From Anaerolinea thermophila (GTDB lineage: Bacteria; Chloroflexota; Anaerolineae; Anaerolineales; Villigracilaceae), in contig DYKZ01000001.1 in assembly GCA_020722345.1 (NCBI GenBank), positions 18,108-82,107 of the forward strand: a DNA stretch of 64,000 bases. Reading direction: 5' to 3'. Both the position numbers and the translations under genes were made by a program. Below, one piece after another: positions 16,092-24,860 of this stretch; positions within the stretch are counted from its first letter, which is position 1, and each line of letters begins with the position of its first letter. The notes beneath the pieces were generated by a model that had not been told where the DNA came from, did not search any database, and saw only the letters and a program-made list of their open reading frames with translations.

Positions 16092-18911
16092 TCAGCCGCT
16101 CACGATAGCGCGGGCGGTGTCGGAGTTCCGCCGCATCACGTTCATGATCACCTCCTCGCCTTCCGGGGTGCTCAGGTAGTCGCCCAGCATAGCCGGGTCC
16201 ACCACGTTGATGATCCGGGCGTTGACCTGCGGCGGGGCCGGGGGGCTTCCCTCATAGGGGTCGCCCTTGCGGACCTGTTCGGGCCGCGCCACGCTCACCT
16301 TCTCGCCCGGGGTCGCCCGGAAGGCAACCATTTGGGAGTCAGGCCCGCCGGAGCCGCCCACCACGAAGCTGCCGCCGGTCTGGAAGCCCAGGTTGGTGCT
16401 CAGGATGCTCGCCACGTTCGCCGCCGCCGCAACGCCCGCCGCCGCGGCGAGGGCGTAGTTGGCCGGAGGCGGAGCGGAGGCGAGGGCCTTCTGGACCGCC
16501 AGCACGCCGTCGATGGTCGCCTGAGTGACCGCCGCCGCCTTACCAATCGCCGCCAGCTCCCGGTTCTTCGAGCGGGACAGCCCGGCGAGGTTGCCGAAGA
16601 ACTGCTGCGCCCCGGACAACTGCTTGGCGTACAGGTCCGCGTTCGCCCGGGCCTTCAGTTGGACCGCCGTTTGCTCACTGATCAGGTCCGCCTGCCGCAG
16701 GGCGTCGATTTGGGCCAGGGTCTGCTCATAGTTCGTGAGCATCGCCTGCTGGGCTTCAATCGTCCCCTCCAGCAGCGACTGGTTCTGCTCGACAAGGTAG
16801 GCGTTGGCCTGCTCGCGCGTGATCGACCCGTCCGCAATCAGGGAGTTGATTGCGGCGAGCTGTTCCATGAAGGTCTTTTGGTTGCCCTGGACCGCCTGGA
16901 GGACCTGGTTGCGCTGCTCCATGATCCGGGTATCGGCCTGGAGCAAGGTCAGCCGCTCGCGGAGCTGCTGGAGTTCCTGCTCATTCAGGATGATGCCCTG
17001 CTGGAGGAGGTCCTGCTGAATCTGGCGCACCTGGTTCTCGATTTCACGCTGATCTGCGGTCATGCCCAGCAGCTCGCGCTCGCGGTCCAGCTCGCGGTTG
17101 ACGGCCCCCAGTGGGTCCATCGCGTCCTTGAGCTGCTCCCGCATCAGCCGGATCACCTCGTTCTTGCGCTCCGCGGTGATCAGTCCGGTCCGCTCAGCCT
17201 GTTCAAGGAGGCGGATGCCTTCCGCGTACTCCTGTTGGGCTTTCCACGCGCGGTCGTAGGAGCCAATGAGGCGGTCCAGCTCGTCCCGCAGCTTCTTGGC
17301 GACCTTTTCCGCCTCCGGGTTCGCGATCTGAGCCCGCGGACCCTTCTGGGTCAGGTCCGCCGCCGGACCGTTGCCCGCCGCCGCGCGCTCGCGCCCAATC
17401 TCCTGGGCGCGGGTCGTCAGCCGCTCCAGGAAGTCCTGAGCGTAGTTGGTGTTGCGGAAGCCTTCGCTGAAGGCGGCACCGATGTCCTGCCCGAGCTGAC
17501 GCGCGGCCCCTTCGTTCTCGTTGGTCAGCTGAAGGTCCAACGCGGCGATCTTGCCCAAGCCCACGAACTCCGTCACCGTGCTCAGGAGTTCGCCCGCGGC
17601 GTTCACGAAGCGGCCGATTTTGTCCAGGACCACGTTCAGCACCCGGGTCATCAGGTCCCCGAGGGCCGCGGGAAGGCCCTTGAACAGGGCGACCACGGCC
17701 ATGATCGCTCCGCGCCAAGCCCCGATGTATGTGTCCACGCCCTTCGCCACAAGGCGGAGGATGCCGATGATGCTGACATCGACCTCGCCCACCCAGTCCT
17801 GGATCAGCTGGATCAGCGGCCCGAAGGTGTCCTTGGCCCACTGCCAGATCGCCCCGAACACTGCCCCGACCGTCTCCCCGAGGACACGCATCATATCGCC
17901 CAGGGTCGTGACCTCGTCCGCCCCCAGGTTGATCTGGTCGCGGAACAAGGTCAGCGCGGTGATCGCGGAGGTGAGCCCCACGAGGAGGAAGCCGATTGGG
18001 TTGGTGGCGACAGCGGCATTCAGCGCTAGCACCGCGTTCCGGGCCAGGTTGATCGCCCTCGTGGCCCCGCCCACGAGGGCGAGCCCCGCCGCCGCGGACA
18101 CGGCGACCTTGGCGATGGTGTCCAGGTTCTCGCTCACGAACCGCAGCGCCCGGGAAATGGCCTCACTGGCCCCGGTTGCTTGGTCGAAGCGGCCCACCAG
18201 GTCAATGACGTTGTTCTTCAGGACCTGGAAGGACTGGCCGATGGTCGGAACCGCCTTGCCAAACCGCTCCTCCAGCTCGCCGCGGGCGTTCTGGAAGGCG
18301 TCGAAGATGATGTCAGCGGTGATCTTGCCGTCCTCGCCCATCTTGCGGAGCTGGCCGCGGGTGACGTTCAGCTGCTTGGCGATCACGTCTGCGACGGTCG
18401 GCAGCTGTTCCAGGACGCTGTTCAGCTCATCGCCGCGGAGGACGCCCGAGGCCATACCCTGGGCGAGCTGGATCATGCCCGCCTGGGCCTCCGTCGCGCT
18501 CGCGCCCGACAGGGCAATGGCCTGGTTCAGCGACTTCGTGAAGTCGATCAGCTCTTGCTGGCTCAGGCCCATGTCCTTCGCGCTGTTGGCCAATCGTCCA
18601 TACGTCTCCACCGTCCCCTCGAAGGACTGGCGGGTGCTGTTGGCTACGCCCAGCAGCTGCTGATAGACCGCGGTGAGGTTCTGGGCCTCCAGGCCGGTCG
18701 CCCGGAGTCGGTTCTGGAGGTTGGTGAAGGTGTCCAGAAGTCGGACCAGCTCGCCCGCGGTGATCGCGGCCCCGAGGGTCGCCAGGGCCTTCTTCAGGAA
18801 CTCCACCCCATCAGCGGACTTTCGAGCACCCCCGCCGATGTCCTCCAGGTTGCGCTTAACAACCCGGGAACCTCGCTCAGTGATGACTATGTCAATGCGT
18901 TCTTCGGCCAT
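16092..18911 (-). CDS. tail tape measure protein
   Basis: 939 aa and highly helical. The N-terminal tape-measure domain reads LQNRLRATGL..TYGRLANSAKDMGLSQQELIDFTKSLNQAIALSGAS..GMIQLAQGMASGVLRGDELNSVLEQLP. Confidence 0.9.
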   Translation of the reverse strand: MAEERIDIVITERGSRVVKRNLEDIGGGARKSADGVEFLKKALATLGAAITAGELVRLLDTFTNLQNRLRATGLEAQNLTAVYQQLLGVANSTRQSFEGTVETYGRLANSAKDMGLSQQELIDFTKSLNQAIALSGASATEAQAGMIQLAQGMASGVLRGDELNSVLEQLPTVADVIAKQLNVTRGQLRKMGEDGKITADIIFDAFQNARGELEERFGKAVPTIGQSFQVLKNNVIDLVGRFDQATGASEAISRALRFVSENLDTIAKVAVSAAAGLALVGGATRAINLARNAVLALNAAVATNPIGFLLVGLTSAITALTLFRDQINLGADEVTTLGDMMRVLGETVGAVFGAIWQWAKDTFGPLIQLIQDWVGEVDVSIIGILRLVAKGVDTYIGAWRGAIMAVVALFKGLPAALGDLMTRVLNVVLDKIGRFVNAAGELLSTVTEFVGLGKIAALDLQLTNENEGAARQLGQDIGAAFSEGFRNTNYAQDFLERLTTRAQEIGRERAAAGNGPAADLTQKGPRAQIANPEAEKVAKKLRDELDRLIGSYDRAWKAQQEYAEGIRLLEQAERTGLITAERKNEVIRLMREQLKDAMDPLGAVNRELDRERELLGMTADQREIENQVRQIQQDLLQQGIILNEQELQQLRERLTLLQADTRIMEQRNQVLQAVQGNQKTFMEQLAAINSLIADGSITREQANAYLVEQNQSLLEGTIEAQQAMLTNYEQTLAQIDALRQADLISEQTAVQLKARANADLYAKQLSGAQQFFGNLAGLSRSKNRELAAIGKAAAVTQATIDGVLAVQKALASAPPPANYALAAAAGVAAAANVASILSTNLGFQTGGSFVVGGSGGPDSQMVAFRATPGEKVSVARPEQVRKGDPYEGSPPAPPQVNARIINVVDPAMLGDYLSTPEGEEVIMNVMRRNSDTARAIVSG

Positions 18912-18913
18912 CG

Positions 18914-19360
18914 TCAGCTCCCCGGATCGCCGTCAACAATACGGCCAAATTGAACAACCTGAACGGCCTCCATGACCGCCTGCTCCACGAAGTTCGCCGG
19001 AGCCTGGGCGGAGTACCCGTCATTCAGCCGCTGGATGTACGGCAGGTTGTTGGTGATGTGGATTTCCTCGCCCGCCGTGTACCCGCTGATGACGGCTTCG
19101 GCCTGATTCAGCGCAGCTTGGGTGTTCGCCGCTTCGGTGCTCCCGGACTCGCCCGGGGCATAGGCGTCGATGACGGAGGAGGCGGGACCGCCAATGGCGG
19201 CGATCCAGTTGGAGCGGGCGCGGCCCGTGTCCACGGGCGTCCCTGAGACCACGGCTTGGTCTGCGGCGAGGGCGACCTTGCGCGTCAGCGCGTCAGCACC
19301 CTCCGCGACCTTGCGGCCCCGGAGGGTGATGCGTCTGCTGAAATCACTTAGACTTGGCAC
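18914..19360 (-). CDS. HK97 gp10-family tail-completion/neck protein
   Basis: GTG 19360 has GGAG 8 nt upstream. It has the PVDTGRARSNW box and NNLPYIQRLNDG. The upstream part of the track ORF overlaps the chaperone gene. Confidence 0.6.
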   Translation of the reverse strand: MPSLSDFSRRITLRGRKVAEGADALTRKVALAADQAVVSGTPVDTGRARSNWIAAIGGPASSVIDAYAPGESGSTEAANTQAALNQAEAVISGYTAGEEIHITNNLPYIQRLNDGYSAQAPANFVEQAVMEAVQVVQFGRIVDGDPGS

Positions 19361-19682
19361 GGGCCTTACTCCATTCAAGGTACTTCGAGTCAAGCCGCTG
19401 GATGAACCAAATGAAGTCCTCCCGCTGCTCGCCGTCGATTTCGTTGATGACACAATACTCCAGAATGGACAACAACGGAATCGGACCCAGGCCCATGCCT
19501 ATTTGCCGACATGACGTCAGCTCCAAAAAGCCCGTGTAGAATAGCTCTGAGCCAAGGTTTAGCTCCGGGGCGTTCTGTATGCGGTCGGGCAACGGCATCC
19601 CGAACCGCATACACTGCTCAATGATCTTCCGTTCTACGGGGCCTTGCTCGAACCCGTAGTGGAGGACTTCCCAGAGTTTCCC
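19344..19682 (-). CDS. tail assembly chaperone T-like segment, reached by -1 frameshift from the G-like gene (G-T fusion 20092->19676 / 19682->19344)
   Basis: The -1 frame is open across the end of the upstream gene (..LWEVLHYGFEQGPVERKIIEQCMRFGMPLPDR..). The domain is DUF1799-like. An internal ATG at 19610 also exists. Confidence 0.6.
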   Translation of the reverse strand, partial: GKLWEVLHYGFEQGPVERKIIEQCMRFGMPLPDRIQNAPELNLGSELFYTGFLELTSCRQIGMGLGPIPLLSILEYCVINEIDGEQREDFIWFIQRLDSKYLEWSKARAKSK

Positions 19683-20092
19683 AGGTCGGCTTCCCGCACT
19701 TCTTCCCGGAACAGGGCCACGTTGTTGGCCTGCTCGCGGAGGTCCGCAAACAGGTCCGGCAGGTCCTCGAACAGCTTCAGGACGTTCTCGCGCTTGAACT
19801 CCATCGGCTGGCCGTCCGGCCCTTCCACGTTGATCCAGTCCAGCACCACCGTGTCCGCGAACACCTCCTTGTACAGCTTGTCGGCGGTCTTGTTGTCCAG
19901 CATCCCGGTCTGGATGGCCTTGCGATAGGGGCGGGTGGCTTTCTCCAGGGCCTTCGAGAAGGAGGAGTTGTGACCACCGGCTCGCGCGATCTTGATGCGG
20001 ACCGGCTCGCCCTTTTCGGTCTGACCGTATTCCAGCCAGATGCCATCGGTTTCCAGGTTCTCGTTGGTCTTGAACAGTTTGTACAGGCTCAT
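19634..20092 (-). CDS. tail assembly chaperone (G-like)
   Basis: MSLYKLFKTNENLETDGIWLEY...VLDWINVEGPDGQPMEFKRENVLKLFEDLPDLF has the typical chaperone pattern. It lies between the major tail and tape measure genes. Confidence 0.7.
   Translation of the reverse strand: MSLYKLFKTNENLETDGIWLEYGQTEKGEPVRIKIARAGGHNSSFSKALEKATRPYRKAIQTGMLDNKTADKLYKEVFADTVVLDWINVEGPDGQPMEFKRENVLKLFEDLPDLFADLREQANNVALFREEVREADLGNSGKSSTTGSSKAP
19676..19682 (-). other. Programmed -1 ribosomal frameshift slippery heptamer G GGA AAC
   Basis: The - strand reads CTG GGA AAC in the zero frame (..ADLGNSG..), an X XXY YYZ heptamer. The lambda G/GT site is G GGA AAG. Confidence 0.6.
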
Positions 20093-20120
20093 TCTCGTTT
20101 TCTCCGCGGTTGAGAGGGTT

Positions 20121-20140
20121 CGGGCGGGCCGGAGCCCGCC
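20121..20140 (-). other. GC-rich stem-loop after the major tail gene (no U-run)
   Basis: GGGCGGGC / GCCCGCCC 8-bp stem with a 4-nt loop, between stop 20150 and start 20092. Confidence 0.4.
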
Positions 20141-20149
20141 CCGGGTTGC

Positions 20150-21676
20150 TTATACGTCAGCAGCGTTCGGAAGGTAAGGGAATTCATTGAACAAGAGGGT
20201 GTGCTTGTTCGAGCCTTCCGCCGCTTCGATGGACAGGGGCAGGGTGATGGGCTGGTCCTGCTCCACGTTCAGGCGACCGTCGCCCAACGCGATCAGCGGG
20301 ATGTCCCAGACCATGCCAGCGTTGTTCTTCACCAGGGCGAAGTCCAGCGCCACGTCCGAGTTGTTGCGCACCGCCTGAACCGCGGCGATGTCCGCGAAGT
20401 AGGCGGTGACCGAACCCGACACCGCGAAGGTGCCCGCGCTCACGTCGAAGGCCCCGAGGACAGCGACCGCCTTGTTGGGCGAGACGTTGTTGTTCACGGT
20501 CAGGGTCAGTTCCGTGAGGAATGCGAACAGCGGGTTGGGGTTCGCGTTCCCGGCGGTGACCAGGTGCATCTTGATCCGGCTGAAGTCCGAGGAGGTGTTG
20601 AAGGCGGGAGCCTCCACGAGGTCGGGACGGGTGCCCGACTTCACGCCCACGGAGCCGTCGCGCTGCTCGTTGTCCACCGCGATGAAACCCAGCTCCGCCG
20701 TGACCTTGTCGGCCTGACGGATTTGGAGGCTCATCTCATTCGGGACCGCGCCCACCAGGTACTCCGACATGGTGCCGTTGGCGTCCTGGCCCAGGGTACG
20801 CTCCAGCTGGTAGCTGCGGCGCTTGATCAGGTTCGCTGCGGCCTCGTTCTTGATGACGTTGCCGAAGAACAGGCGGAGGGTCTTGCCGGTTCCGGTTTCG
20901 GTCACCATCGTGGCTGCGGTCTTGTCCAGCTCGATGTAGGCGGCAGCGACCGCGCGGACGCGGGCGAAGCCGTTGTTGGCGGCGTTGGTGAACTTGGTCG
21001 CCGCCGCGTCCCCGCCGATGAACACCCACTCGCCCGGGATCAGGCCCAGGGTCGTCAGGTCCTTCGTGCCCGAGGCGCGAACCAGGCGCGGGTAGCTGCC
21101 CGACACGTCCACGTTGATCTCCGCGGAGCCGAACTGAAAACCAACCTTCTGGAGCTTGGCGTCAGCGCCCGGGGTTTCGTCCACGAGGCCGTCCCCCACC
21201 ACCACGGTTCCGGCGGTGGAGCTGGCGACCTGCTTCAGGCCGTTGTTCGCTGCTTGGGCGAAGCCCGAGGCCAGCACCAGATCGCCCGCGAGGAAGCCAG
21301 CGAGGCCCGAGGCCGCAGCATAGGTGTCGGTGGAGGCCACCACGCCGGTCAGGACCACCGCCGCGCCGTTCATCGGAGCCGTGGTCAGCTTCTCGCGGAT
21401 GTCCGCGAAGAAGAAGCCCTGCAGCAACCGGGTCAGGTTGGTCTGGGTGATGTCCTGGGCGAAACCGCCGGAGGCGTCCAGGTCAGTCGTCACGCCCTTC
21501 TTGCGCTGGCGAGACGGGTTGATGGGGTTCCGGGCGATGGTGCTGATTTGGCCACCAAAGTCGTTGTAGCTGTTCGGCTCCAGAGGATGCCAAACGGGCG
21601 AGCCCGGAAGGGTCTTGATGTCAGTTTCCTCAGCGTACCGGAGGCCGGTCACGTTGGAGTCGATTTTGTTGGCCAT
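20150..21676 (-). CDS. major tail protein (putative)
   Basis: 508 aa, lying immediately upstream of the chaperone pair. No sheath/tube gene pair is present, which implies a siphovirus-type tail. The call is based on position and size. Confidence 0.6.
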   Translation of the reverse strand: MANKIDSNVTGLRYAEETDIKTLPGSPVWHPLEPNSYNDFGGQISTIARNPINPSRQRKKGVTTDLDASGGFAQDITQTNLTRLLQGFFFADIREKLTTAPMNGAAVVLTGVVASTDTYAAASGLAGFLAGDLVLASGFAQAANNGLKQVASSTAGTVVVGDGLVDETPGADAKLQKVGFQFGSAEINVDVSGSYPRLVRASGTKDLTTLGLIPGEWVFIGGDAAATKFTNAANNGFARVRAVAAAYIELDKTAATMVTETGTGKTLRLFFGNVIKNEAAANLIKRRSYQLERTLGQDANGTMSEYLVGAVPNEMSLQIRQADKVTAELGFIAVDNEQRDGSVGVKSGTRPDLVEAPAFNTSSDFSRIKMHLVTAGNANPNPLFAFLTELTLTVNNNVSPNKAVAVLGAFDVSAGTFAVSGSVTAYFADIAAVQAVRNNSDVALDFALVKNNAGMVWDIPLIALGDGRLNVEQDQPITLPLSIEAAEGSNKHTLLFNEFPYLPNAADV

Positions 21677-21708
21677 GTTCAGCTCCTTATATCAAGTGGG
21701 CGAGGGGT

Positions 21709-22161
21709 TCACCGCAGTTCGTCATACACAAATTCCACCAGGACGTTCATCTGGTACCACGTCCCGTCCGGTCCAATCTCCTGAATCCGGGCGTTGCGGA
21801 ACCAAATGCCACTCGCGGTGCCTCGCCCCTCGAAGGCGTCCCGGGCAATTATCGCGCATTTTTCAGCAAGAGACAAGCCTTGTCCCCCCGACAGGGGCGT
21901 GAAAACTTGTACCGTGATCAGTCCGGGACGGGTAAAGCGGCGACCGCCGGTGGGTCCGAAGGTCGCCTGCCGCGAAGTCGTGTGGCGCAACGTGATCCGG
22001 GCATAGGGCTTGTCCGCGGGCGGAGGATCGCCCGCGTCCACCCCGGGCCATTCCACGCGGATCGGAGCCCCGCCGTTGAGGGCCGGGGTGTCCGTGGTCC
22101 ACTTGGTGTTGAACAGCCCAAGGATTTCGTCGCGGGCGCTGTCGAAGGTCGGGAGGGTCAT
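21709..22161 (-). CDS. tail terminator-like protein (DUF4128-like)
   Basis: 150 aa ending TWYQMNVLVEFVYDELR. It lies directly before the major tail gene. Confidence 0.55.
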   Translation of the reverse strand: MTLPTFDSARDEILGLFNTKWTTDTPALNGGAPIRVEWPGVDAGDPPPADKPYARITLRHTTSRQATFGPTGGRRFTRPGLITVQVFTPLSGGQGLSLAEKCAIIARDAFEGRGTASGIWFRNARIQEIGPDGTWYQMNVLVEFVYDELR

Positions 22162-22526
22162 TGGCGCACCTGCAATTCATACATGATCGCTTGCCCGTTC
22201 GGGTTCAGCGGTTTCACGGCGATGACCTTCCAGACCTCCGCGCTGCGCAGCACCAAGCCTTCGACCTCCGGCGGAGCCGTCAGGCCCTCCGCGGGCATAA
22301 ACACCCGCTGGTCACCCATGCGGATCGTCTGGCCGTCGATGTAGCGTTGCTCATAGTCCAGGAACACCGCCTCAATCGGTTGATCCGCCGGGACGTTCCC
22401 GCCGGGCTTCCACGGCTTCGCCGGATCGGGCGCAGCGTTGGTGGTGAACCCGCGCAGGGTCACGGCCTGACCGTTCTTCTTGATCAGCTTCTTGGCCAGC
22501 GCGATAGCGGAGTCAAACCGTGCCAT
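22158..22526 (-). CDS. head-tail joining / head closure protein
   Basis: 122 aa with ATGA coupling, lying between the adaptor and the terminator. Confidence 0.5.
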   Translation of the reverse strand: MARFDSAIALAKKLIKKNGQAVTLRGFTTNAAPDPAKPWKPGGNVPADQPIEAVFLDYEQRYIDGQTIRMGDQRVFMPAEGLTAPPEVEGLVLRSAEVWKVIAVKPLNPNGQAIMYELQVRQ

Positions 22527-22529
22527 GGA

Positions 22530-23051
22530 TCACCCCCGCAGCAACGTGCCGCCGGAGCGGACAAGGCCCGCGCGGACCAGCTTCTGGTCCGCCGCCGGGT
22601 ATTTGGGCATCTGGAACACGGCCCCGCCCACGAAGGTGACGGACTCGCTGATGGGTCCGACCGCTTCCGACTTCGACAGGACCGCCACGCCCGAGGCGTT
22701 CCGCTCCGGGTCGGGGTTCAGCTCCGCGGCGAGGGCACGCAGGGCGTACTCACAGCAGGCTTCCTTCACCTCCGGCGGGATGCCGTTGACGTAGCTGCGG
22801 TCACGGTCCCGGGCGTCCGTCCGGGGCCATTCCGTGGTCTGGTTGCGGCCCAGCCGCTTCTTGCCCACGAAGTTGAACCGCTGGTCAAGGTAGTCGGTTG
22901 CGCGGATGACCGCGGCCTCAATCTGAGGGTCCGTGGAGCCCGCGAAGGAGTTGCCCCGGTCAGTGTGGTAGGTCTTGAACTCCGCCACACTGATGTAGGC
23001 GTTCGCCCCGGCGACGGCTCCGGTGTTGTCTTGGACGATCAAGGCCATCAC
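22530..23051 (-). CDS. head-tail adaptor (gp6-like / DnaT-like domain)
   Basis: ANAYISVAEFKTYHTDRGNSF....IEAAVIRATDYLDQRF..GKK......EWPR is the typical adaptor N-terminal pattern. Confidence 0.65.
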   Translation of the reverse strand: MMALIVQDNTGAVAGANAYISVAEFKTYHTDRGNSFAGSTDPQIEAAVIRATDYLDQRFNFVGKKRLGRNQTTEWPRTDARDRDRSYVNGIPPEVKEACCEYALRALAAELNPDPERNASGVAVLSKSEAVGPISESVTFVGGAVFQMPKYPAADQKLVRAGLVRSGGTLLRG

Positions 23052-23773
23052 GTCCTCCAGAAGGCTTGATATTTGGCCCGGCGGATCGTCAGGACGTTCC
23101 GCACGTGGCTCCGGTTGATCTCATACCAGCTCCGGTTCCCGTACCCGGGCTGAGGGACGCGGGACTTGAGGCTGGTGCGTTCTACGTGCCCAAACCAACG
23201 GGCCGGGTCGCATCCGCGGGTGTTCGAGCACAGGCGGCGATCCTGTAGGACGCCCGCCGCCCCGCCGTTGTAGCTGGACAGGACGAAGGCCCACTGGTCC
23301 GTGACCGTCGCGCCCGGGTTCGCGGCGATCCTCCGCCACAGGCTCCGGTTCATTTCCACGATGGCCGTGAGCTGGAAGCCCGGGTCATAGCGGTTCTCCC
23401 AGGTCCAGTCGCGGAGGGAGGCGTGGGTGTTGCGCAGTTCGTTGAACACGTTCATGCGTTCGGAGCCGTCCGGGCGATAGGCGACCGTGACCTGACCGAA
23501 GCCGAAGCCGTATTCACGATGGGTGCGCAGCTCCGCCCGCGGGTTCCAGCAGCGGGAGTGCGTCAGGCTGATACAGCTTTCCTGCTCCACCAGACCGGCG
23601 AGGGTCCAGGGCTCCGGGGCTTGCGGCCAGACCGCCTCCTGCTTCTCGACCAGCACTGGCGCGTACACCTTCGCCCCCGAAGGGACGAAGGTGCGGGCGT
23701 CCTGGGCGAGGGCGACGGAGCCGAAGGCCCAGCAGAGGACCGCGAAGGCGAAGTGAATCAGGCTTTTGCCCAT
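23048..23773 (-). CDS. lytic transglycosylase (SLT-domain) endolysin with signal peptide
   Basis: ATG 23773 begins MGKSLIHFAFAVLCWAFGSVALAQD (signal). It has VEQESCIS (catalytic Glu), GFGQV and SSYNGGAAG. The upstream part of the track ORF is Arg/Pro-rich junk. Confidence 0.75.
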   Translation of the reverse strand: MGKSLIHFAFAVLCWAFGSVALAQDARTFVPSGAKVYAPVLVEKQEAVWPQAPEPWTLAGLVEQESCISLTHSRCWNPRAELRTHREYGFGFGQVTVAYRPDGSERMNVFNELRNTHASLRDWTWENRYDPGFQLTAIVEMNRSLWRRIAANPGATVTDQWAFVLSSYNGGAAGVLQDRRLCSNTRGCDPARWFGHVERTSLKSRVPQPGYGNRSWYEINRSHVRNVLTIRRAKYQAFWRT

Positions 23774-24093
23774 AGCACCAATCCCAAGAAGGTGAAGCAG
23801 ATGGTCAGGGCGACGGCGAGGACCACGAGGCCCCCGGCCACGGAGCCCTCCCGGGCATGCGCGAGCCATTCCGACAGGTCCACCTGGGGTAGTACCACAC
23901 GGGTGATCACAACGGTGATCCCTGCCAGCGCGAGGGCAAACGCTGTCCACTGCGCGAGGGTCACGACCATGGCCGGGTCGATCAGCAGCAACGGGACGAT
24001 GCTGGCGATGAGCAGGACCCAGGCCGTGAGGTCCAGGAAGGGGGCGAGGCGCTTGCGCAGTCGGGCGAGGAAGCGGGTGACGGCGATGTTCAT
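23758..24093 (-). CDS. holin candidate (three transmembrane helices)
   Basis: ATG 24093 has GGAGAA upstream and an ATGA overlap with the spanin gene. TM segments: WVLLIASIVPLLLI, FALALAGITVVITRVV, GGLVVLAVALTICFTFLGLVLW. Confidence 0.55.
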   Translation of the reverse strand: MNIAVTRFLARLRKRLAPFLDLTAWVLLIASIVPLLLIDPAMVVTLAQWTAFALALAGITVVITRVVLPQVDLSEWLAHAREGSVAGGLVVLAVALTICFTFLGLVLWAKA

Positions 24094-24659
24094 TGTTGGT
24101 TCTCCGGTTGCGGTAGGGTACACAGCTGGACGGCGGACCGCGCCCAAGCCTGAAGGGCGGTCAGTTTCCTGATGGCCCGGTCGCCGTCTGCGGCGATTCC
24201 CCAGAGAGCTGCTGAAGTCTCTGGCGCAAGTTCGGCTGTTCCGGCTCCATCAGCTCCGCCGGGGGCGGACTCAGCCGCACCGGATCGGGCCGCACTACAA
24301 GAGGAGACTTGGAGGCGCAGCCGCTGATTGCCAGACCGCAGATCAGCAATAGTGCGCTCATCCCGCGCCCGGGCGTCCGCTTGCTGTTGGGCGAACTCCG
24401 CCCGGAGGTCTGCGACACGCTGTTCATGGGCTTTCTCCTGTTCACGGTTCTTGTCGTTGGCCTCAGCCAGGAGGCGTTCCTGCTCCCGTTCCCGGGCGCG
24501 GACCTCCTCCTTGTATTTGTCCATGGCCTCCGCCGCCTCCGCGGTCGCGTCCGCCTTCCCGGAGCCGTAGCCGTAGCCGTAGCCCGCGAAGGCGATCAAG
24601 GCGACGGCGAGCAGGACGCCCGCCGCGGCCCAGACCTTGGAGGAGGGGAAGCCGAACAT
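24090..24659 (-). CDS. i-spanin (Rz-like)
   Basis: N-terminal TM VWAAAGVLLAVALIAFAG, a charged coiled coil, and the box IADLRSGNQRLRLQ. Confidence 0.7.
   Translation of the reverse strand: MFGFPSSKVWAAAGVLLAVALIAFAGYGYGYGSGKADATAEAAEAMDKYKEEVRAREREQERLLAEANDKNREQEKAHEQRVADLRAEFAQQQADARARDERTIADLRSGNQRLRLQVSSCSAARSGAAESAPGGADGAGTAELAPETSAALWGIAADGDRAIRKLTALQAWARSAVQLCTLPQPENQQ
24161..24361 (-). CDS. o-spanin (Rz1-like lipoprotein), fully embedded in the i-spanin gene in another frame
   Basis: ATG 24361 begins MSALLLICGLAISGCASKSP. It has the lipobox AISGC and a proline-rich mature part. Confidence 0.65.
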   Translation of the reverse strand: MSALLLICGLAISGCASKSPLVVRPDPVRLSPPPAELMEPEQPNLRQRLQQLSGESPQTATGPSGN

Positions 24660-24662
24660 GGG

Positions 24663-24833
24663 TCAGACCCCGCCCTTGTCCATGCCCTTGATCGGGGCGG
24701 TGGGACCGGAAGGGGCCGGAGCGGACTTTCCGCCCATGACCACGTTCTTCGAGTTCTGGCCGTGACGCACGCCAGACTTCGAGGCATTGACCATCTTCGA
24801 GGCGGTTGCCTTGGTGGTGCCGGATTTCGCCAT
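24663..24833 (-). CDS. small Lys/Gly/Ser-rich protein (56 aa), not in ORF track
   Basis: AAGGAG RBS and ATG 24833. The product is MAKSGTTKATASKMVNASKSGVRHGQNSKNVVMGGKSAPAPSGPTAPIKGMDKGGV. The stop lies 3 nt before the Rz start. Confidence 0.4.
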   Translation of the reverse strand: MAKSGTTKATASKMVNASKSGVRHGQNSKNVVMGGKSAPAPSGPTAPIKGMDKGGV

Positions 24834-24860
24834 GATGTTTCTCCTTCGGAGTTGGTTGGG

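Noticed and set aside
20121-20140. The GC stem-loop after the major tail gene, and the similar one at 36718-36738, as intrinsic terminators.
   Set aside because: No U-tract follows either stem. They may be RNA-stability or processing elements, so they are listed only as stem-loops.
23774-23950. Long N-terminal extensions of track ORFs, for example 23048-23950, 51949-53406, 38925-39566 and 35358-35951.
   Set aside because: The extensions are Arg/Pro/Gly-rich and overlap the upstream genes. Internal ATG/GTG starts with strong RBS and ATGA/GTGA coupling give sensible proteins.
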